A stretch of 62,297 nt of DNA, filler included, from Platydemus manokwari (lineage: Eukaryota), in NCBI GenBank assembly GCA_037951405.1. It is 6 parts of 6 records of this genome, joined end to end, with 100 filler letters (N's around TTAATTAATTAA, not from the genome) between each part and the next. Parts side by side here need not be neighbours in the genome. Positions count along the whole stretch, not along the records: positions 53,248 to 62,297 come from JBBMOY011307428.1; 5 more parts are not named here. One strand, written 5' to 3'. Each line of letters begins with the position of its first letter. The stretch's first letter is position 1. The translations under genes were made by a program, and so were the position numbers. The notes under the pieces were generated by a model. The model ran no database searches and was not told where the DNA came from. It saw only the letters and a program-made list of their open reading frames with translations. This document shows positions 53,263 to 62,297 of the stretch, one piece after another.

Positions 53263-53989
53263 TGTAACAGGAAATAATTATACAATCAAGCCCTAAATTA
53301 AATATATTGATTAAATATTATTTTGTATATTAATTGTTTTGTTTGCATCCCGGATAACAGGAAAGTACCTCCGATACTTATAATTGACAATATTCTGTTA
53401 TAGTGTCGATTATTTGGATGCCACATTTATCTTTTTTATTTTCGACCACTTGTGTCTTTAAAAATTTAAATAATCATTCAGTTAGCGATACAATCAATAC
53501 TTTTGTTAGTTTCGACCGAGCATACACAAAAAATGGCAACAAACACAGATATCCACCAATGACACGAGAGATGTGCTAGAAATTATTAATACAGCTTTGT
53601 ATAAACGAAATTTATCTAATGACAAGCGAGGCTCTGGAACATCAAGTAGACACACACAATAAGCCTATAAAAGGAGTTGGATTTCAAGACCAACTGCCAG
53701 TCTTTTTTGTTTGGTAACCTTCATTCTGTTCTGTGACTTTTGATTGATTTTTCTGAAAATCAGTTTTTATGGTTGTGTTTCTTTCTGTATTCAACTTTCT
53801 TCTGCTGATTCCACCTTCAGTGATACTTTATTATTGTGTTGTGGTACGATTTTCATTGTATCTACTACAGAGCTTAGTCTGTAATTCTTTGTAATTAAAA
53901 TTATAATTTTAACGAAACATGGAAAGAAAAATTCATGGTTTTTAGTTTATAGACGACCAATATTTTTCAAGGTCTCAGCTAGTGTGACA
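53263..53989 (+). repeat. Solo-LTR-like repeat, family C copy 2
   Basis: TGTAAC...GTGACA termini. TATA block 53661-53706 and GAGAGATGTG are shared with the reverse complement of 18641-19206; both start TGTAA..GGAAATAAT. Confidence 0.6.
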
Positions 53990-55279
53990 AATTGAAATCA
54001 AATATTTGATTTTTATAACTTCTGGTAATATTTAAGAAGTAGCGACGAAAATAAAATTAAGAGATTACTTAAAAAGTGGGGTTAGTGATGACCTGAAAAC
54101 CCAACCTTTGGATAGTCTGATAAATTAACCTCGACATGAAGATTAAAATTTTGAAGGTAAAAATAAATTGTATAAACCTGGGGTTCTGACAATATATTAA
54201 TCGTTTTGACAAAAACTGCTCTGATAAACAACATTGGTGTATAGTGTATATAGGCATATAGTGTAACAATTTTTATGTTAGTCGAACTGTCGATTAATCC
54301 ATTTTATATTGTATGTTGTTACATTTAGTTGAATTGTATCAACTAACGTATCGAACTTTGTCAGTTAATGACAGTTTTTATAAAAGTAACATTTTTTAGC
54401 TTTATCGATTGTATGATAAGTTGTATTGCATGAGTTAACATCTGTAGCAATTTTATTTTATTAAAAATTTTCTCCTACATTTCTGGAAAAATTATTTATT
54501 TATGGAAACTTATAATTAAGGAAAAAATATAATTATAATTAAATTATGATCGTAATAAACACTTCAAGAGAGGGTATAAATATTATATATATATATATTC
54601 TATATCTGTAATTATTGAAGGACTTTAAATATTTAAAATATGTTATTTCAAATGCAGTACCTGGTATTCGGCAAATATCAAAAGGGATAGATTTAAAATC
54701 TCAGGGGAATTTAGCGGAAATGTATCAAAATAAAATTAATTGAGGAATAATGTTTGGGTATCCATAGCAAGTTTAAATAGGAGGATAAAATCATAGCTCC
54801 GCACACAACTCAAATAACCAAAATCCACAATTACTATTTCTACGATCACGTGTGAAAAGCCCCGATAAGGAAACTATAAGGATATATTGATTTCGAGTTG
54901 CCGTTAGATCAACAGATACAATTTGCCGAAGTGTCATTGCCATTGATTAGAGTTTGCAGAATTTGTATTTCAATTCATTTCAATCAACGTGATTCTGATT
55001 GATTGTTAACCCACTGATAATTATTGCAATACGTATCGTTTTATTATTTTATTATCGAGCTTTGTCTCAAAAACCCCTCTTGAAGGTAGTTAGTTCTACT
55101 CTTCGAGTTGGAGTAAGTTAACCCCATTATTTTATCCAGAAGTTGTAGGAAAAGCTGTTTAATTGTTAGTGTATTTCAGTGTATATCGTAACATAAAAAT
55201 CATTTGTAATTTTTATTTCATTGTATCGGTGATTTAACAATAAACCTTAGCGTAGTAATAGAGTTATTAATTTGGAGTT

Positions 55280-55550
55280 TTGTCATATAAGTTGAATAGG
55301 CTATAGAAATAAAATATGAACTCAGACTGATAGTATCAAAATAACGAAGGTCATTGTTGCTGATCACTATGGACATATAGTATTGATCGTGAGGTTAAAA
55401 TAAAAAATAAAGGTTTAATAGATTTTACTTTGAGCTTGATTAGGACTCATTGAGACTGATCAAGACAACAGTGATCTTCGAAGAATAAACATTTTGAGAC
55501 TGATAAGAATAAGTTTATTAATAAAATAAAAGTAACAAGCCCGAAACACA
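55280..55550 (+). repeat. LTR-like repeat family B, copy 3 (opposite orientation)
   Basis: AGACTGATAGT, CTCATTGAGACTGATCAAGACAACAGTGATC and AAGCCCGAAACACA correspond to reverse complements of blocks at 17603 and 20272. Confidence 0.5.
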
Positions 55551-56355
55551 TCAAACCGAAAAGAATAAAAATATAAACCACATAATAAAACATGGAACAG
55601 ATTCTTATAGTTTATTTCTTTAAATAGAGGAGAATGTTCTGAAAATCAATACTGACAGTTCTGAAGTCATAATTTTTCAAAAGAAATGAAAATAATCTTT
55701 AATGTAAATTGAATTAGTTGAAGTGAAGAAAGTAAATTATTAAACGGTCAAGATTCTAAAGTCATTTAATTTATCTATCGGTTTGTGTTGTTTATTTTAA
55801 GAAAATTATTAATGATTGTCTTCTAGGATTTTTTAAAGTATATTTTTTAAGAACTTTTTAATTATTTTTTAAAGTTTTTTTTTAATTTAATTCTGACATT
55901 TTTAGAAGAAAATTTATCATCTTATTTCTACAAACTGAGTTGATACGATTTTTATCTGTTCGTCATGTTTGTATTACTCAACTAGAAATCTTGTAACAAA
56001 TGTTTGTCTTAAATATTCTAAATTCTTCAAGTACTTTTATCGAAGACCAAAAACTTTAATTCTAGAAAAATATGTGGAACAAAATTTTTAAATCGCTTTT
56101 GATAACTGAAGATCAACTTAATTCATCACAAATGTTTTTAAAAATTGTATTGTTACTATTATTTTAGACTTCAAATAAATACTTCAAAATATCGAAATTT
56201 GAAAATTGATTAAAATCAATTAATATTAATCATTAATATCAAAAACTATTGGTGGTTGCGTTATATATTATTAGCATCCATAACGAATTTTAAATTATAA
56301 ATAAACAATTAATTCAGGCATAAAGACTATATTAAAATAAAAATTATATTTACAA

Positions 56356-59300
56356 TTAATCAAGGTTCTTAGATCTAAAATCTGGAATAATGCTCGCAAC
56401 TTTTTGTCGCATAATTTCCTTTCTTCTTTCTTTTTCTCTTTCAAGTCTTTTAGCCATAGGTAATTGTCGCCAAGTATTAAATGCCTTTTTTAACAGAGTT
56501 CTTAAAAAAAATTAAAAAATGAATAACAATTTAAAATGGAGGCATAAATAATAGAAGGTATATATAGAGTTAGAATACAGAATTATTATAATAACTGCTT
56601 CATAAAATTTGAGGCAGAATTTCAGTCGGAAAAACCACGATTTTCTGTAAATGAAATTTTTCATTAATTCGTTTGGTAATATTTTTTGTTTTGTTAACTG
56701 AATCGATTTCAAATGCTCACCATAATAGCCAATATTTCCAGAAGATAAGGCAAGTGGTAATGGGTGCCGACTTCGAAATTAAGAAAAATCTGATTTTATG
56801 TGAAGTGACGGATAATGCTTCAAATCCATTGAAATCAATCGATATTATAAATCAATTCAATTAAGATGCATTAGATTTCATTTAACGGGCATTTAAGGAG
56901 TCACAGAGAGAATTAAATATTAAAAACAAATCATCTTCGGATCAAATAATTAAGAAAGCCTAGAACATGTGCTGTGCACTGGGTACATACCGGGTGGTCC
57001 AAAACCAGGTTTAAAGTTATTAAAGTGTGTGTGTCAGTATGTCCTGCAGAGATTTGAAGAATGTTCCAATGTTGAAGGAGGATATTTTGAATATCTGAGA
57101 GGTTAAATTGTTTATGTTACCAGGTAAAACGAATTTTCCGCTGTTCTAGTATCGAATTTTCAAACTCTAAACAAAATTTTTGGGCCACCCTGTATATATA
57201 ACTATATGAGATTAACTCAAAGAACATCATATTCTCATTAACCAATTACTATAGATATCTCAGGTAGAACAACTAAGACGGAGTAAATTCTAAAAAGCCG
57301 TTCTAGTAAAGGAGCAACTATAGATCGAGCCATTTAAGGTAAAAGCGTTTATTTGAATTAAAGTCATTCCTAGAACATTTAGGTAACCGTGACATTGAAC
57401 CAAACCCAAGTCAATTTCAGAATAAATCTAGAAATATTTAACTGAACTTTAATTAATTTTATTTTATTCATTTATTATTTGGTGAAGCTTAAATCAACTT
57501 ATTTTGTTACCCATTACCCAGCCATGATAAATCTAATTTATGTTGTCAATACGACCATTGGTTTATACATATAAATTCTAAATTTTAACCAATGAAAAAC
57601 AGTGTAAAAGCCATCTGGAACTCAAGTTCAAGGCAAGAAATTTACCAGAATAATACAGATACCAGTGCGTCAAGTATGAAAATGTCCCACGAAAACAACG
57701 ACCTTTTGACACCTTGGAACATCTGTTTCAATATTTTACATTTATAAATACCTTGACAATGATATAGAAATGATAACCGACCAATAAGATGAAACATAGG
57801 AAGAAGATTTCAACTTGGTAAAACACATGAATACGTAACAGCCAATCTTAGTCACCAGGACTCAATAATTTCAACTGGAATTTCGAAAATCAGAACACAT
57901 CACAAAAATCTTGTTGCAATTATGAATAATTATCAGTTTAAGTCAATTGAATAGAGTTAAATGCATTAGTATTTCATTTGTTAGTGCTCAGTAGCACTAT
58001 TTGCATTCAATAAACGTTTCTGTCACAACCCTGTTTTTAAATATCAATAAGTGGAAAAATTGTTTTCTAGCCGATTAATAAATGATTCAGATGTGCTAAA
58101 GCAAATACCAATGATGAAGGAATTGTAGAACAGCTAATTGGAGATCCTATTTCTATATTTATGAGAACAAAGGAAACCACCTTATCCTTCAGTTTCCTGT
58201 TGGAATTGTCAAAGTTTCAATCATATATTTTCTAATATTACCATTTAATAATAATGAAAATAATTTGATAATAATATAATTGACACCGGTTTATAGATAA
58301 TTGAGAAATGAAAATTACCGTTCATATAACTCTTCAGACTGAACTGCCAATTTATCAAGTCTGATTTGAGATCGATGATTAACTGTTCGCCAATGAAGGA
58401 AACAATTTTTCATTAGATTGCTAAGGTAGTGATTTTGAGCAGATTGTTCCATAAGCAGATATCTATGTTTGAACTAATTAAATCATTAATGACAATTTAC
58501 CTGAAATGAACACCAACCAGCTGCATATGATAAAAACATCGTTGCAGTAAAATCCGATTATAAAATCTTTTTACAATTTGATTATGGTATTGAACCTGCT
58601 CTTGAACATCTGCCAACCATGCCATAAACGTTTTCCTACGAAATGATAAATTTAGTCATAACCGCCATGCAATCGATTTACCTCATTAAAGTGATTGCAT
58701 ATTTATTGTTTGCCTTTTCGATGTTTCTTTCTCTAATACATAGCAATTTAAACCATCTTTCCGGGCCGTATCGTTTTAATAATTTATTTCTATGAAAATC
58801 ATCAGCCTTTGTATTTGCAGATTGTTCCCATTTGATTCGTTTCAACTTAGCTTCTTCTTTCTGTATTAATGTCAAAAAACAAACAATAATGAAATTATCT
58901 TTGGCATATATTCAAAATCAAATATAATATCAGCCTAAGTTAAAAAAGGGGTCCTTTGATCTGCCATTTTTATGATGAATTTTCGGATATGAAGTAATTT
59001 TACAATTTAATTTGATATATATTTTTTTGATCAGATTTCATGTAAAAATTTGTTTTTATAATTTTTTTTATTTTATATCAAAATTTGTATGATTTAATTG
59101 CTCTTTGCGTTACTATAGTTTCAAATTTATCAATTTCGGGGATTAATGAATCAATTTGAATAGTTGAGAGTTCCATGTTGATAACCAAATTTTAGAAATC
59201 ATCTGAGACCTGCAATGAAAATTAAAAATTACTTATCCAGTCTTGCCCATCTGCATTTTGATATAAATATTTTAAAAATATCAAATTTATCTTTATTTTG

Positions 59301-60976
59301 TAATTTTTGCCTCTAAGACAATCACGCTTTAGAATGAAAATAAGAAGAAATTATTTTTAACAAAATATTTTTATTTAGTTTTATCTTTATGATATTTTTT
59401 ATGATATTTTTTATCATTTTTCATGATGTCGATTAGAGACCAAAAAAAATTGCTAAACCAAGTTCCTATCTCGATCACAATAATTCTTTAATTTTTTGAG
59501 TTTGCAAAATTAATTTTTTCTTAATTATAAATCGACTTAGTACACTCCAAATCTAATATTACTTGATTTTATAAAATAATTCTCAAAAAAAATGTTCAAG
59601 AAATTGCAATTTGACCTCATTTGATCCGTTTTTCAAATAATCAATTTTAGGATATTTTAAAGCTCTGCTTTATTTGATATTATTTGATTTCTTCTGAGAT
59701 ACTTAAATAAAAAATTAAAATGTTTTTAAATAAACTGTATAGTTTCTTGCAACACATTCAACAAATTAAAAATTCCATTTCAGGACCCCATTTCTTAACT
59801 TTAGCATGGTAATTACTTAATCTATATTAAAAAATATGTTGTCAAAACTATAATTGAATAACATCCTCGTTTATTTGTTTTATTCCCAACCCTGCATTTC
59901 ATAATATTAAATTTTTAATTAGATGTAATAATTTTTAATTTATTTAAATTATATCTTGTTATATTTTTTTAATTTTTTCGTTTCTTATTTGTTTTTTTTA
60001 TTATATTAGTTTAATTAAGTTTAGAATCTCCTGTGATTTCTTTGGCTTTATCCGATAACCGATTGAAGGAGACATAAAACGGAAATAATAGCAATCTCGA
60101 ATAAAAATTTTATCAATAGCTTTTAATTCGAATTTGACCAATATTTATTGGTCTACAAAAGTATTGGAATATAAAATATACTCAATAAAATACAAAATAA
60201 ATCATAAAAGAAAACATGAAATTATTAAATACTCACAAACTGAATTAAAAAATTAATTTATACATCACTTGAATGAGTTAATTTTATTTTATTTTATTTC
60301 TTAAAATAATATTAAACAATGATTTATTATTATTAATATATTTATAATATTTATAAAACATGTTCAGTAAAACTTGAAAAAAACCTGTTTCTCCTTTTCT
60401 CTTTTATCTTTCAATAATTTTTCTCGTTTACATTTTTCTTCCAGTTCCAGTCTTAGTTGTTCAGCTATCTTTTCCTCTAGCTGCTTCTGGAATAACAAAA
60501 ACAATAATAAGGCTATTGAATGACAACTAAAACCAATATTCACCAACTTTTTTTTCTTCTTCAATTTTTTTTTGCTTTTCAAGTCTTTCAAATTTAATTC
60601 GTTCTCTTTCTTTTGCTCTGGCTTCCATCTCTATATGTATAGATAAAATTATGATGTACCACAACAAATTATAATGTACCACAACAAATTATAATGTACC
60701 ACAACAAATTATTATTATTGGTATATGTTAATAAAACCCGAATAAAAATATTAATAAAATATATATTCCTGTACAGACTTATTTATCAAAATAGGCGACT
60801 AGTTTACCCAATTTATAACAAGATATTGAGCATATATTAAATCAAATTTGGTTCTTCTCGATTTCCATTTCATTTCCTCCCATATATATTAAAAATATTA
60901 ATTCACTTGTTGTTGATAGGAAAAAATGTTGAAAGGAAAAATTTTAACAAAATAAAATAGTAAAAGAAAATTATTA

Positions 60977-61012
<36 letters not shown>

Positions 61013-62154
61013 CTAACGTATAACAAATTTATTATGATTCTTGGGAGGACCAGGTTGGATTCCAGTGTCAGTACAATTGGATGGTGAATTTACAAGCTGC
61101 ATTCTGATGCAAATATTAATATTAATAAATACTCTGAAAATCTTTTCAAGAAAATAATTTCGATTAAAAGATTGTTTAATTAAAAATATAAAGGAACATG
61201 ATACAATAAATATTATTGATTAATATGTTATCATAATATCTGAAAAATGATCATGTAAGGATTCTTGAACATATTTTCATTATTCAATTTAATGTACGAC
61301 AATCATCAAGGATTACGGAAATGGATATATATAATTTTCACTCAAATTAATAATAAAAATATTTAGTGATTCAACAACATAATTTGCTCGGTTGAAAAAT
61401 CAATGGAGATGATTGGACCAAATTATGAACAAAACATTAAAATTAATAACTCCAGACAAATGTGTAACTTTTCGACATATTAAAAATCCGTTTTGGAACA
61501 ATAATTGAAAAGGAAATAATAAAAAAGTATAATAAAAAAATATCTTTATTTACTCATTTTTATTGTACCAATACAACATTTATTGTCTGGTCGTCATTTC
61601 ATAATAAATAACATATGTTTACTTTTATATGCTTCTATTATTGTAAACAATTCCTTATTTTTTAAATATATCGATATTCAACTTGAAATATGCGATACAA
61701 TAAGTTAATTGTTAGCATTACAAATTAAATATTGATTATTGCCAACTATGTATTGATTCTTATCAACTGCATTTACTTGTAATAAATGAAAGCAGTATCG
61801 GTATAGCTGTTTATCAGGGGAGATTAAAAATCAATATGTTATACATTAGGTAACATTACGAGTTGTTAATAATATTTGAAATTTATATTCCATAAACAGG
61901 GTGCTGCCCGATATAAAAAATAGTTAACAAACTAAATGTGAAGAATCAACTGATAGCACAAAAAATATCAGAACAACAAACTGATAATGATTTTCTTCGC
62001 TCAGATTAGAATCAGACTGTTCTTCTTTGAATTTTTTAAGAAATTGTTCCGTTCTTATTTCATCGATTAGTTGCTGTTGTTCTTTGATTTTTACTTGTTG
62101 CTGCTTTATCAATTCTTTTTGTGCTGCATCTCGGTGAGCATATGAATTGATTAT
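56356..62154 (-). CDS. CCDC191: CCDC191 (KIAA1407)-like coiled-coil protein, 5'-partial; exons 62154-61982, 61103-61018, 60630-60548, 60486-60385, 58860-58682, 58635-58501, 58462-58319, 56500-56356
   Basis: Eight exons with consistent phases. HRDAAQKELIKQQQVKIKEQQQLI, QMEARAKERERIKFERLEKQKKIEEEKK, LLKRYGPERW and terminal TLLKKAFNTWRQLPMAKRLEREKERRKEIMRQKVASIIPDF match the CCDC191 C-terminal half (..RRKVVEILPDF). The gene continues beyond the window. Confidence 0.8.
56990..57192. mobile_element. Tc1/mariner-type MITE (203 bp) in the last intron of the CCDC191-like gene
   Basis: TA|CCGGGTGGTCCAAAA...TTTTGGGCCACCCTG|TA: terminal inverted repeats matching at 13/15, with TA duplication. Confidence 0.8.
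60646..60712 (+). repeat. Tandem 20-mer AAATTATAATGTACCACAAC, about 3.3 copies (intronic)
   Basis: Directly visible; one mismatch in the first copy. Confidence 0.9.
60977..61012 (+). repeat. (AAT)n microsatellite
   Basis: Directly visible. Confidence 0.9.
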
Positions 62155-62222
62155 CTGTAATATTCAAATTTTACATTTCTATTTCTAAATAATTTGAAAA
62201 AATTTATAGAAAATCACAAGAG

Positions 62223-62245
62223 TAATAATAATAATAATAATAATG

Positions 62246-62297
<52 letters not shown>
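62223..62297 (+). repeat. (AAT)n microsatellite running to the window end
   Basis: Directly visible. Confidence 0.95.

Noticed and set aside
60646-60712. 20-nt repeats as a CRISPR-like array
   Set aside because: Head-to-tail copies without spacers in a eukaryotic intron; a simple minisatellite.

Overview
This is strongly AT-rich eukaryotic (metazoan) genomic DNA with GT-AG introns, some only 38-61 nt long. A flatworm such as a planarian is my guess, not something the sequence proves. The window is six contigs joined by five artificial 100-nt spacers (N44-TTAATTAATTAA-N44), so adjacency across gaps is unverified. Four host genes could be assembled by hand with consistent splice phases: a complete divergent NR2F/COUP-TF-like nuclear receptor (minus, 4 exons, 431 aa); a 5'-partial TAB2/3-like coiled-coil plus NZF zinc-finger gene (plus); a 3'-partial DUSP10/MKP5-like MAPK phosphatase (plus); and a 5'-partial CCDC191-like gene (minus). 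The rest is decayed mobile DNA: Ty3/Gypsy, three LTR-like repeat families, piggyBac, hAT, a Tc1/mariner-type MITE, restriction-like-endonuclease (RLE, R2/NeSL-type) non-LTR elements, a Polinton/Maverick and a probable Penelope-like remnant with broken hammerhead motifs. The most notable observation is the Gypsy remnant at about 1370-6145. After pol it carries an env-like membrane-anchored ORF, then a splice acceptor and a further ORF containing a REX4/ISG20/AEN-like DEDDh 3'-5' exonuclease fold. A second oddity is a gag-like ORF followed by BED/C2H2-type zinc fingers with no pol. All family assignments come from motif recognition by eye; no searches were run.
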